A DNA stretch of 64,000 nucleotides. It comes from Candidatus Magasanikiibacteriota bacterium (GTDB lineage Bacteria > Patescibacteriota > Patescibacteriia > Magasanikbacterales > GWA2-37-8). The stretch covers positions 1,393 through 65,392 of the forward strand of contig JACOYB010000009.1 in the NCBI GenBank assembly GCA_016182085.1, written 5' to 3'. The notes under the pieces were generated by a model. That model saw only the letters and a list, made by a program, of their open reading frames with translations, was not told the origin of the DNA and did not search any database. A program made the position numbers and the translations under genes. Of the stretch, positions 27,311-36,781 are shown in pieces (within the stretch, counting starts at the first letter, position 1; each line of letters opens with the position of its first letter).

Positions 27311-28828
27311 ATGATCAAAACCCGTTTTGCACCCAGCCCCACCGGATATTTACATGTAGGAGGTCTACGCACCGCTTTGTATTCATATTTATTTGCCAAA
27401 AAACATGGTGGTAAATTTTTGTTGCGCATAGAAGATACGGATAGAGAAAGGTATGTGGCCGACGGCGTGGCAAATATTTTAAAATCACTGTATTGGGCAA
27501 GTGTTGTGCCCGATGAGGGTGTCATCCTGAGTGAAGCGAAGGATCCCTCTCGTTCGGATAAAAGGGATTCTTCGGCAAAGCCTCAGAATGACAATTTGCG
27601 AATTACTCAAAAGGGTGAAAATGGACCATATACACAATCAGAACGTTTAGATATATATAAAGAATACGCACAAAAGTTACTTGATGCTGGACATGCATAT
27701 TATTGTTTTTGCAGCTCCGAAAGATTAGAAAAATTACGAGCCGATCAACAGGCCAAAAAAATGCCAACGGGCTACGATGGTCTTTGCGCAAAACTTGACC
27801 CAACAGAGTCTAAACAAAAAGCAGAGGCAGGAGAAAAACATGTAATGAGACTTAAAATGGACAAGCACGGCGAAACTGTTTTTAATGATTTGATTCGCGG
27901 AGAAGTGCGTTTTAAAAATGAATTGGTAGACGATCAGGTACTAATAAAATCAGATGGTTTTCCTACTTATCATTTTGCGGTGGTGGTAGATGATCATTTA
28001 ATGGGTATTACCCATATTATCCGCGGCGAAGAATGGATAAGCAGCGTGCCAAAGCATGCTCAACTATATAAATACTTTGGTTGGGAAATTCCCGAGATGG
28101 CTCACTTGCCACTATTGCTTAACCCAGATAAATCCAAGCTCAGCAAACGCCAAGGTGATGTAGCTGTAGAAGATTATATGAAAAAAGGTTATTTACCAGA
28201 AGCGCTGGTAAATTTTGTGGCATTTTTGGGTTGGAATCCGGGCACAGAAAAAGAAATGTATACAATGGAAGAATTAGTTAAAGATTTTGATTTAGCCAAA
28301 GTCGGTAAAACCGGCGGGGTTTTTAATATTGAAAAATTAGATTGGTATAACAAACAATATATTAAAAATTTATCCAACGCAGAGTTGGTAGAAAAAGCCA
28401 TGCCTTGGCTGGAAGAAGCGGGGGTAGGCGGCCGTCCAATTCTAGAGAAAGCCGTGTCATTGGAAAGAGAAAGAATTACAATTTTGTCCGAATTGCCGGA
28501 AGCAATTAAATTTGTTTTTGAGCTGCCAGATTATAAAGCTGACACACTAGTCTGGAAAAAAAGTTCAAACGAAGAGGTAAAAAATATTTTGCCAAAACTT
28601 ATAGAATTTTTTGATACAGTTGATGAAAACGATTGGGATAAACAAGTTTTAGAAGAAAAAACCAAAATTTGGATAGCTGAGAAAGGATTCTCTGTTGGTT
28701 CTGTACTCTGGCCAATGCGCGTGGCATTATCTGGACAAGAAAACTCCCCGGGTCCTTTTGAAATTGCCGAAGTTTTAGCCAAAAAACAAACAATTACAAG
28801 ACTTCAAATTGCCTTAGAAAAGTTATAG
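27311..28828 (+). CDS. gltX: Glutamate--tRNA ligase with in-frame palindromic insertion
   Basis: RFAPSPTG.LHVGG, LRIEDTD, GPY.QSER, KLSKR. Confidence 0.97.
   Translation: MIKTRFAPSPTGYLHVGGLRTALYSYLFAKKHGGKFLLRIEDTDRERYVADGVANILKSLYWASVVPDEGVILSEAKDPSRSDKRDSSAKPQNDNLRITQKGENGPYTQSERLDIYKEYAQKLLDAGHAYYCFCSSERLEKLRADQQAKKMPTGYDGLCAKLDPTESKQKAEAGEKHVMRLKMDKHGETVFNDLIRGEVRFKNELVDDQVLIKSDGFPTYHFAVVVDDHLMGITHIIRGEEWISSVPKHAQLYKYFGWEIPEMAHLPLLLNPDKSKLSKRQGDVAVEDYMKKGYLPEALVNFVAFLGWNPGTEKEMYTMEELVKDFDLAKVGKTGGVFNIEKLDWYNKQYIKNLSNAELVEKAMPWLEEAGVGGRPILEKAVSLERERITILSELPEAIKFVFELPDYKADTLVWKKSSNEEVKNILPKLIEFFDTVDENDWDKQVLEEKTKIWIAEKGFSVGSVLWPMRVALSGQENSPGPFEIAEVLAKKQTITRLQIALEKL
27520..27593. repeat. 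Family-A inverted dimer in frame in gltX (VILSEAKDPSRSDKRDSSAKPQND)
   Basis: TGTCATCCTGAGTGAAGCGAAGGATCCC-TCTCGTTCGGATAAAA-GGGATTCTTCGGCAAAGCCTCAGAATGACA. Confidence 0.92.
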
Positions 28829-28882
28829 GGCAACAGTAAGCAATTAGTATGGTATAATATCTCACAGATATAAGCTCTGGTA

Positions 28883-30049
28883 GTGAGGGCGCCTGTTTTT
28901 GTTTATGCGCAAACACCTGCCGTGTCCCAAGAAATCGCCGAATTAAACAAGCAAATTGCCGAGAAGAAAGAAAAAATAAGACAACTTGAAGAAACCATAG
29001 CCAAGTACAATAAAAATATTGAGAAAAAACAAACCGAAGCTCAGTCGCTTAAAAATCAACTGAGTATTTTAGATAACCATATTGCCAAGGCTGAAGCCGA
29101 TCTGGTATTAACCGAAGAAAAAATAAAACAGGCGCAACTTCAAATTGAAGCGCTGCAGTTAACTATCGCGGCCAAAGAAGCGACACTTCTAAAACAAAAA
29201 GATATCGTCACCAAAATAGTGCAGGGTATAAACGCGGATAAGGAAAAAAATTATCTGGAAGTTTTACTTACCAACGATAGTTTTGCGGATTTCTACGATC
29301 AGCTGCAATACACGGTAAAGATATACAAGGATATGGGGAAATCCGTAAAAGTATTGCGTTTGGTAAAAGAGGATTTGCAGAAAAAAAGAGACCAGTTAGA
29401 AGCTACTAAAAAAACATACGAAGATTTAAAAACAGATTTGGAAGAAAAAAAATCACGATTAGAAACTCAGTCAGACGCCAAAAGTCAGCTGCTTATATCA
29501 ACCAAATCTTCGGAAATGCAATATCGTACGCTGCTTTCTAGTTTAAAACAACAATACCAGGCGGTAATTAACGAACAGCGCGCCTACGAAGATCAGGTAA
29601 GAAAGAAACTGGAAGAACAAAATAAATTAAGTACAAGCATTGATTCCTTTGCCTGGCCCGTGCCGAATCGTACAATTACGGCCATGTTTCACGATCCGGA
29701 TTATCCGTTTAGAAATGTATTTGAGCATAGCGCCATAGATATCCGCGCTTCGCAAGGTACGCCGGTAAGAGCCGCAGCATCGGGGTATGTGGCCCGTGCC
29801 AAAACCTGTACCGCCTCTACTTGTTATGCGTATGTTTTAATCGTTCATACAGGCAATTTATCCACCTTGTATGGCCACCTAAGCCGCATAGATGTCGCTG
29901 GAGATCAGTTTGTAAATAAGGGTGATATTATTGGTTTTTCCGGCGGTAAGCCCGGAACTGTAGGCGCCGGGCCATTTGTAACCGGCCCTCATTTGCATTT
30001 TGAAGTGCGTTTAAACGGAATTCCGGTTGATCCGCTGGGGTATTTATAA
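28883..30049 (+). CDS. Coiled-coil M23 peptidase (EnvC/CwlO-like)
   Basis: Long coiled coil, WPV, HSAID, TLYGHLS, TGPHLHFEVR. Confidence 0.88.
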   Translation: MRAPVFVYAQTPAVSQEIAELNKQIAEKKEKIRQLEETIAKYNKNIEKKQTEAQSLKNQLSILDNHIAKAEADLVLTEEKIKQAQLQIEALQLTIAAKEATLLKQKDIVTKIVQGINADKEKNYLEVLLTNDSFADFYDQLQYTVKIYKDMGKSVKVLRLVKEDLQKKRDQLEATKKTYEDLKTDLEEKKSRLETQSDAKSQLLISTKSSEMQYRTLLSSLKQQYQAVINEQRAYEDQVRKKLEEQNKLSTSIDSFAWPVPNRTITAMFHDPDYPFRNVFEHSAIDIRASQGTPVRAAASGYVARAKTCTASTCYAYVLIVHTGNLSTLYGHLSRIDVAGDQFVNKGDIIGFSGGKPGTVGAGPFVTGPHLHFEVRLNGIPVDPLGYL

Positions 30050-30097
30050 TTACTAGGGGTGAATAAAAAGAAAAGAATTTTCTTTTTTGAAGCCCGA

Positions 30098-30133
30098 CCT
30101 ACCCGCTAATGCAAGCATAGCGTTGCGGGCGGG
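30098..30133 (+). repeat. Family-B 36-bp element upstream of ddl
   Basis: CCTACCCGCTAATGCAAGCATAGCGTTGCGGGCGGG. Confidence 0.75.
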
Positions 30134-30140
30134 CGTAATT

Positions 30141-31187
30141 ATGAAGAAAATTAAAGTCGGAGTTCTGATGGGAGGGCCGTCATCGGAAAGAGAAGTGTCG
30201 CTCGTAACCGGTAAAGCCGTATTTGATAATTTAGACAGAAAAAAATACGCGCCAGCAGTGGTAGAAATGAAAAAAGACGGTACTTTTTGGTTACATAAAA
30301 AACCCGCCCGACCGAACGGAATCGGTCATTCGGGCGGGCGCAAACTTGATTTACAAAACAAAGACAGAAATCTATTTGATATTATTTTTATTGCCATGCA
30401 TGGCTCGCCCGGAGAAGATGGAGGCGTGCAGGGGATGTTGGAAACTTTGAACATTAAATACACGGGTCCGGGAGTCCTTGCCAGCGCCTTGGCCATGAAT
30501 AAAGTTTTTTCAGCGCAAATTTATTTTGCCAACAATTTGCCATATCCAAAATTTATCCATTTTAAATATGACGGCTGGAAACGTGAAAGCGCGCAAATTA
30601 CGGAAGAAATTAACAACATAGGATTTCCGATAGTAATAAAGCCGGTAAGCGAAGGTTCGGCCGTGGGGGTGAGTATTGTAAAATCTAACAATGGCTTAAA
30701 AAAAGCAATTGATAAAATAATTAAAAAATTTCCTTGGCTGATGGCCCAAAAATTTGTGGCCGGCCAGGAAGCAACCTGTGGGGTTTTGGAAAAAAATGGT
30801 ACAATAATGGCGCTGCCGCCCACGCATATTCTGCCAAAGATGGGAGAATTTTACGATTATAAGTCAAAATATAAAACTGGAGGCTCGACTCATATTTGTC
30901 CCGCGGATTTTGATGAACAAATAAATTTGGAAATACAAAAATTAGCCGTGCAAGCGCACAAAGCCTTGGGTTGTCGCGGCATGTCTAGAACCGATATTTT
31001 TGTGGGGGATGACCCCGATACTAGAGTCGCAGGAGCGACTCAGTACGGGGCAGGTAAAAAATTATATATCTTGGAAACTAATACCATTCCGGGCATGACA
31101 CCAACCAGCTTGTTCCCCGAAGCTGCAGGCAAGGCCGGTATCAGTTTTTCACAAATGCTCGATTATATTATTAAGACAAGTTTATAG
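30141..31187 (+). CDS. ddl: D-alanine--D-alanine ligase with two in-frame palindromic insertions
   Basis: GGPSSEREVSL, HGSPGEDG.VQG, EGS.VG, YDYKSKY, ETNTIPGMT..SL.P. Confidence 0.95.
   Translation: MKKIKVGVLMGGPSSEREVSLVTGKAVFDNLDRKKYAPAVVEMKKDGTFWLHKKPARPNGIGHSGGRKLDLQNKDRNLFDIIFIAMHGSPGEDGGVQGMLETLNIKYTGPGVLASALAMNKVFSAQIYFANNLPYPKFIHFKYDGWKRESAQITEEINNIGFPIVIKPVSEGSAVGVSIVKSNNGLKKAIDKIIKKFPWLMAQKFVAGQEATCGVLEKNGTIMALPPTHILPKMGEFYDYKSKYKTGGSTHICPADFDEQINLEIQKLAVQAHKALGCRGMSRTDIFVGDDPDTRVAGATQYGAGKKLYILETNTIPGMTPTSLFPEAAGKAGISFSQMLDYIIKTSL
30303..30338 (+). repeat. Family-B 36-bp element in frame in ddl (PARPNGIGHSGG)
   Basis: CCCGCCCGACCGAACGGAATCGGTCATTCGGGCGGG, a GC-rich hairpin in an AT-rich gene. 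Confidence 0.85.
31013..31054 (+). repeat. Family-B 42-bp element in frame in ddl (PDTRVAGATQYGAG)
   Basis: CCCCGATACTAGAGTCGCAGGAGCGACTCAGTACGGGGCAGG, matching the priA copy. Confidence 0.9.
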
Positions 31188-31189
31188 AT

Positions 31190-33337
31190 ATGGCAAAGCC
31201 AGTCACGCATAATTTACATAAACTTTTTAATCCAAGCTCTGTTGCTATTTTAGGAGCTTCGCGCGATGAAAAAAAGATCGGCAATATAGTGCTTAGAAAT
31301 ATCGTTAATTCCGGTTTTAGAGGCAAGATTTTTCCGGTCAATCCAAATTCCAAAGATATAAACGGATTAACATGTTATGGCAGTTACGCGAAATTGCCGG
31401 AGATTCCGGATTTGGCAATTTTGTCACTGCCTTCGGATTTAGCTTTAGAACTTTTAGAACCGATTGCCAAAAAAGGCACAAAAAATATTATCATATTCAG
31501 CGCCGGTTTTAAGGAAATCGGCCCTGAAGGAGAAAAAAAAGAAGAGGAATTGCGCGCGGCCGCGCAGAAATTTGGTTTAAATATATTGGGTCCGAATTGT
31601 CTTGGCTTTGCCAGCACTTTAAGCAGTTTAAATGCCACATTTAGCAGAGTCGGCGGAGCCAGAGGCAATTTAAGATTTATATCTCAATCCGGAGCGCTGG
31701 CTTCCGGAATTTTTGATTGGGCCAGACAAAATACTATTGGTTTTAGCGAGTTTATTACGCTGGGCAATAAAGCGGTGTTAAATGAAAATGATATTTTGCA
31801 GTATTGGTTAACTAAACCCAAAACCAAAATAACTGATCCGGGTTTATCCAGATGCCAGCCTATAGGGTTATATTTGGAATCAATAGATGAAGGACAGAAA
31901 TTTTTAGAATTAGCCTCTAAAGTTTCGTTTACCGATCCGATTTTTATCTTAAAACCCGGTAAATCAAAACATGCGCAGCAAGCCATTCGCTCCCACACCG
32001 GATCAATGGCCGGGGATGATGCGGTGCAAGATGCGGCATTTGCGCAAGCCGGCATAATTCGGTGTGAGGGTGTGGAAGATATGTTTGATTTGGCAAAAGT
32101 TTTCTCTTGGGAGAATGCCCCGAAAGGGCCGAGGGTAGCCATAGTATCCAATGCCGGCGGACCGGCGGTTATTAGTACTGATGCTTTAGAAAAAGAAGGT
32201 TTAGAACTTGCGGCGTTAAGTAAAAATACAAAAGTAAAATTAGAAAAGAATTTGCCGCGCGCCGCAAATGTGGCAAACCCGGTTGATGTTTTGGGCGATG
32301 CTCTGGCAGGCAGATATCATGAAGCCATAGAAGATGTTTTGGTGGAAAAAGGCGTAGATGCGCTTGTGGTAATTTTAACGCCGCAAATAATGACCGAAAT
32401 AGAAACCACCGCGGATCTGATTGGCAAATTATCCGCAAAATACGGCAAACCCGTAGTGTGTTCGTTTATGGGAGCCGATCTTATTCATACTGCTGAAGAA
32501 ATTTTAAATAAATATAAGATCCCATCGTTTAGATTCCCGGAACGGGCTATAAAGGCCTTGGCAAAAATGTGGCAATGGCGATCGGTAGCTGAAAAACAAA
32601 AAGCGCAAGTAAAACAGAAAAAACAAAAGCTGGTTTCTAAACATAGCACAAAAAAAATCAACGCCATAATCCAATCTTTGGAAAAAAATAACAAAGTACT
32701 CTCGGCAGCTCAAGCCGACGAGGTATTAAATACGTTTGGCATTAAAACGCCAAAGTCCGCAACTATTAATAATTTAGAAGAAGCGCGTAATTTTGCGCAA
32801 AAAAATAAATGGCCGGCAGTGCTTAAAATTTCTTCGCCATTTTTGATGCATAAAACCGAAGCGGGAGCCGTAATTAAAAATATAAATAATAATGAACAAT
32901 TAGAAAACGCATGGACAAAAATTACGGCCATAGTAAAAAAATTACCGAATAAATCAAACTGTTTTATACAAATTCAACAGCAGATCGGCGCGGGAGTGGA
33001 AGTTATTGCGGGCATTAAACATGACAGCAGTTTTGGCAACGTGCTTATGTTTGGCGCGGGTGGAATACTCGCCGAACTAATAGGGGACAGTAATTTAAAA
33101 ATGCTGCCAATTGATAGAAAGCGCGCCTTAGAACTTATATTTTCATCAAAAGTATATAAACTACTCGCCGGATTTAGAAATCAAAAATCGTACGCTGTAG
33201 ATAAATTAGCAGATTTGCTTATGCATTTGGGAAATCTGGCGCAAACAACAGATCGGTTTAGTGAAATTACGATCAATCCGATTATAGTTACCGAAACCGA
33301 TGCCTGGGCCGTAGATCCAAGAATCATAGTCAGATAA
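31190..33337 (+). CDS. ADP-forming acetate/acyl-CoA ligase (fused alpha-beta)
   Basis: P.SVAILGAS, GPNCLG, SQSGAL, SHTGSMAG (phospho-His), NAGGP, NPVD, C-terminal ATP-grasp with HKTE.G. Confidence 0.9.
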   Translation: MAKPVTHNLHKLFNPSSVAILGASRDEKKIGNIVLRNIVNSGFRGKIFPVNPNSKDINGLTCYGSYAKLPEIPDLAILSLPSDLALELLEPIAKKGTKNIIIFSAGFKEIGPEGEKKEEELRAAAQKFGLNILGPNCLGFASTLSSLNATFSRVGGARGNLRFISQSGALASGIFDWARQNTIGFSEFITLGNKAVLNENDILQYWLTKPKTKITDPGLSRCQPIGLYLESIDEGQKFLELASKVSFTDPIFILKPGKSKHAQQAIRSHTGSMAGDDAVQDAAFAQAGIIRCEGVEDMFDLAKVFSWENAPKGPRVAIVSNAGGPAVISTDALEKEGLELAALSKNTKVKLEKNLPRAANVANPVDVLGDALAGRYHEAIEDVLVEKGVDALVVILTPQIMTEIETTADLIGKLSAKYGKPVVCSFMGADLIHTAEEILNKYKIPSFRFPERAIKALAKMWQWRSVAEKQKAQVKQKKQKLVSKHSTKKINAIIQSLEKNNKVLSAAQADEVLNTFGIKTPKSATINNLEEARNFAQKNKWPAVLKISSPFLMHKTEAGAVIKNINNNEQLENAWTKITAIVKKLPNKSNCFIQIQQQIGAGVEVIAGIKHDSSFGNVLMFGAGGILAELIGDSNLKMLPIDRKRALELIFSSKVYKLLAGFRNQKSYAVDKLADLLMHLGNLAQTTDRFSEITINPIIVTETDAWAVDPRIIVR

Positions 33338-33346
33338 TATTAAGGT

Positions 33347-35050
33347 ATGCAACCATTTAGCGTAAAAATTGGCGGAGAAGCGGGGTTTGGCATCATGTCC
33401 TCTGGTTTGATTTTTTCTAAAGTTGCGACTCGTTCCGGCTACCATGTATTTAATTATATGGAGTACCCCTCCATCATTAGAGGCGGGCATAATGTAATGC
33501 AGATAATGGTATCGGAAAAATCGATTGCGGCTTCATACAAGCATACGGATTTTTTAATTGCTTTAAATCAGCAAACCATAGACCTGCATGTTTCAGAGCT
33601 TTCACTAAACGCTGGTTTGATGTATGACTCTGCAACGTGCGTGCTGCCAAAACTCCCCAAAGGAGTAACTGTTTTTGATATTCCGATTGATAAAATAGTC
33701 AGAGAAATTGGCGGGTCGTTTATTTTTAGAAATACTATAGCGATCGGCGCAGCCGCGGCGCTGGTTGGAGGCGATATAAAAATTTTGAAAGATTTGCTAG
33801 CGGAAGGGTTTGCCGGTAAATCAAAAGAACTCATAGAGAAAAATTTTCGCGTTGCCGAAGCCGGATATAACTACGCGCGCCAGCAGTATGCTAATAAAAC
33901 CAAGCCAATACTTGCGATAAAAAAGAAAAAACAAAAACAAATGGTAATAGCCGGCAATGACGCGATCGCTCTGGGTTCAATTGCTGCAGGCATGCAATTT
34001 GCCGCTATTTACCCTATGACGCCGATTAGCAATATTTTACATACTTTGGCGCCACTACAGGAAAAATATAATTTTATTTATAAGCAACCCGAGGATGAAA
34101 TCTCGGCCATTAATATGGCTATTGGCGCTTCGTTTGCGGGAGCTAGGGCCATGACTGCGTCTGCGGGCGGGGGATTTTGTTTGATGAGTGAGGGCTATGG
34201 CTTGGCGGCTATGACCGAAACCCCGCTGGTTATTATAGAAGGTATGCGCGGCGGTCCGGCTACGGGTTTGCCAACGTGGACCGAACAGGGTGATTTACGA
34301 TTTGTTTTGCATGCGCATCAAGGCGAGTTTCCAAGAATTGTTTTGGCAGCCGGTGATGCGAACGAAGCATTTCATCTTACCATGCAAGCGTTTAATTTGG
34401 CAGATAAATATCAAACCCCGGTAATAATTATTGTTGACAAACAAGTGTGCGAAAGTCATTTTAGCGTTAGTCCGTTTGAGTATAATAAATATATAGCAGA
34501 CAGAGGAAAATTTACGGTTAAAAAACAAGCAAGCTATAAACGCTATGCTCTCAGTAAAGATGGCATATCATTGCGCAGCATTCCAGGTGTAGGCAATCAT
34601 ATTGTCGTCAATTCCGATGAACATAATGAATTGGGGTATTCCAATGAAGAGGCTAAAAATAGATTGGATCAGATGAGTAAGCGTATGCAAAAATTGGCTA
34701 CCTGTGCCAAAGAAGATCTAGCTAAGCCGGAGTTGATCGGGCCAAAAGATGCGGATGTAACAATAGTATCCTGGGGCAGCAATAAAGGCGCAATCTTAGA
34801 GGCCATGAATGATTTTGATAATGTAAATTTTTTACATCTGACTTGGATCAGTCCGTTTCCAACCGAGGCCGTGAAAAATATTTTGCATAAAGCAAATAGA
34901 ATTTTAAATATAGAATGTAATTCTACGGCACAGATGGCCGGACTTATTAAAGAAAAAACCGGCATTGGCATAAAAGATAATTTATTAAAATACGATGGCC
35001 GGCCGTTTTTCCCGGAAGAAATCATCGCGAAAATTAAAAAAATGTTGTAA
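33347..35050 (+). CDS. 2-oxoacid:ferredoxin oxidoreductase alpha subunit (gamma-alpha fusion)
   Basis: GGEAG.G, IRGG, YPMTP, EDEISA, R.GPATGLPT..EQ.D. Confidence 0.93.
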   Translation: MQPFSVKIGGEAGFGIMSSGLIFSKVATRSGYHVFNYMEYPSIIRGGHNVMQIMVSEKSIAASYKHTDFLIALNQQTIDLHVSELSLNAGLMYDSATCVLPKLPKGVTVFDIPIDKIVREIGGSFIFRNTIAIGAAAALVGGDIKILKDLLAEGFAGKSKELIEKNFRVAEAGYNYARQQYANKTKPILAIKKKKQKQMVIAGNDAIALGSIAAGMQFAAIYPMTPISNILHTLAPLQEKYNFIYKQPEDEISAINMAIGASFAGARAMTASAGGGFCLMSEGYGLAAMTETPLVIIEGMRGGPATGLPTWTEQGDLRFVLHAHQGEFPRIVLAAGDANEAFHLTMQAFNLADKYQTPVIIIVDKQVCESHFSVSPFEYNKYIADRGKFTVKKQASYKRYALSKDGISLRSIPGVGNHIVVNSDEHNELGYSNEEAKNRLDQMSKRMQKLATCAKEDLAKPELIGPKDADVTIVSWGSNKGAILEAMNDFDNVNFLHLTWISPFPTEAVKNILHKANRILNIECNSTAQMAGLIKEKTGIGIKDNLLKYDGRPFFPEEIIAKIKKML

Positions 35051-35056
35051 ATCGCT

Positions 35057-35914
35057 ATGACTACTGTACAAAATTTAAAAACTCCTAATGCGTGCAATTG
35101 GTGTCCGGGATGCGGCAATTTTGGCATTTGGACAGCAGTTAAGGAAGCCGCGGCTAAGGAACGCTGGAATAATACCAACAGCGTGATTGTGGCTGGCATC
35201 GGTTGCCATGGTCATATTAATAATTTCATTGAACTGAGCAGTTTTGAGGGGCTGCACGGCCGGGCTATACCGGTGGCTTCGGCTATAAAAATGGTGAACC
35301 ACAGGCTAAATGTAATGGTTTTTACCGGGGACGGAGATTGTTTGGCTGAGGGCGGTAATCATTTCATGCATGCGGCTCGCCGTAATCAAAATTTGACGGT
35401 TATTTTGCACGATAATGCTATTTATGGCCTTACTACCGGACAAACTTCGCCGCGTTCTCCGCACGGCTTTAAATCAAAATCAACTCCTATGGGGAATTTG
35501 GATGAACCGATTAACCCGCTTACGCTGGCCATATCTGCCGGAGCCACGTTTGTCGCCAGAGCATATTCAGGTGATATTCCTCGTCTCACAGATTTAATTA
35601 TTCAAGCAAATAACCATAACGGTTTTTCGGTGTTGCAGATTTTACAGCCATGCGTAACGTTTAATAAAATCTATTCACATACCTTTTTCCAGGAAAATAC
35701 GTATCATTTGCCCGCAAGTTATAATCCGCAAGATAAAACCGCGGCCTTTGCCAAAACCTTGGAGTGGGGAGAAAAACAAATTCCGGTCGGCGTAATTTAT
35801 AAAGAAGATAGGCCGTCGTACGAAGATCAAGTGCCGCAAATTAAAGCCGCGCCTCTTATTTCGGTAGCCGCGAAAAAAAGAAATATCAACGAAACATTGG
35901 AAACATTTTTATGA
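35057..35914 (+). CDS. 2-oxoacid:ferredoxin oxidoreductase beta subunit
   Basis: WCPGCG, GIGC, LHGR, TPP motif GDGD...N, YGLT.GQ.SP. Confidence 0.93.
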   Translation: MTTVQNLKTPNACNWCPGCGNFGIWTAVKEAAAKERWNNTNSVIVAGIGCHGHINNFIELSSFEGLHGRAIPVASAIKMVNHRLNVMVFTGDGDCLAEGGNHFMHAARRNQNLTVILHDNAIYGLTTGQTSPRSPHGFKSKSTPMGNLDEPINPLTLAISAGATFVARAYSGDIPRLTDLIIQANNHNGFSVLQILQPCVTFNKIYSHTFFQENTYHLPASYNPQDKTAAFAKTLEWGEKQIPVGVIYKEDRPSYEDQVPQIKAAPLISVAAKKRNINETLETFL

Positions 35915-36378
35915 AGAAGATTCTATTAATATACGCTACGCATTCCGGCAGCACCTTTGTAGCCGCGCAAATCATGAAGGAAATTTTGTCAGCCGATTTT
36001 GAAGTGGTAATGCAAAATGCCTTGGAGTCAAAACCCGCAGATATAAAAAATTATGATACGGTTATTTTAGGTTCCCCAAGCTGGTTTAGCAGAGGAGAAG
36101 AGGGAATGCCATCCGAAACCATGCTGAAATTAATGGATGTTTGGGGCAAACAGAATTTATCCAACAAGCATTTCGCGGTATATGGCTGCGGTGACGATAG
36201 TTATATGACTTTTTGCGGCGCGGTAGATCATCTGGAAAATTTTGTAAAAAACGTAAAAGGCGAATTTATTCTACCATCACTTCGCCTTAACGGCTTCTTT
36301 TTTGACGTGGATAAAAACGTAGAACAGGTAAAAAAATGGGCCGCTGATCTAAAAGTTAAAGCCAGCGCGATCTGGTAA
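35911..36378 (+). CDS. Flavodoxin
   Basis: YATHSGST, GSPSW, YGCGD.SY..FCGAVD. Confidence 0.9.
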   Translation: MKKILLIYATHSGSTFVAAQIMKEILSADFEVVMQNALESKPADIKNYDTVILGSPSWFSRGEEGMPSETMLKLMDVWGKQNLSNKHFAVYGCGDDSYMTFCGAVDHLENFVKNVKGEFILPSLRLNGFFFDVDKNVEQVKKWAADLKVKASAIW

Positions 36379-36557
36379 AGATTTTAAGAAAGTTGTGGTA
36401 ATTGCGGGTAGAAATAGGGGAGAGGCCCTTTTCAATTTCGCAGTATTCTAAAAAAGTGGGGATGTGGAAGGTGACGGGTTGATTGGATTTGTGCATAAGC
36501 TTGTATTAACCGTATTTTTATTATATCATAAAATATTATACGACGTATCTTAATTTT

Positions 36558-36707
36558 ATGAGTAGTTTCTTAAAAACCCGTGCGGCCACATTATTTTGGG
36601 GATTTGCGGTAACGTATTTTTTTACCGGCCATATTGTTACTTCCCTTAAGATTTTTGCCGTTATGGCAATTGGCAACACGCTTATCATGTGGAAGTTAGT
36701 AAAATAA
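36558..36707 (+). CDS. Small membrane protein (49 aa), weakly DUF2061-like
   Basis: Read manually: MSSFLKTRAATLFWGFAVTYFFTGHIVTSLKIFAVMAIGNTLIMWKLVK*. Confidence 0.45.
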   Translation: MSSFLKTRAATLFWGFAVTYFFTGHIVTSLKIFAVMAIGNTLIMWKLVK

Positions 36708-36781
36708 GGAGGTCTATTTGACATAATTATCTTATATGTTAATCTTTGTATTTAAGACAAAAAAACACCAGGGAGGCATCC

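Noticed and set aside
27520-27593. In-frame inserts as inteins or self-splicing introns
   Set aside because: They are far too short, have no intein termini or group I/II core, and the same element occurs in both orientations.
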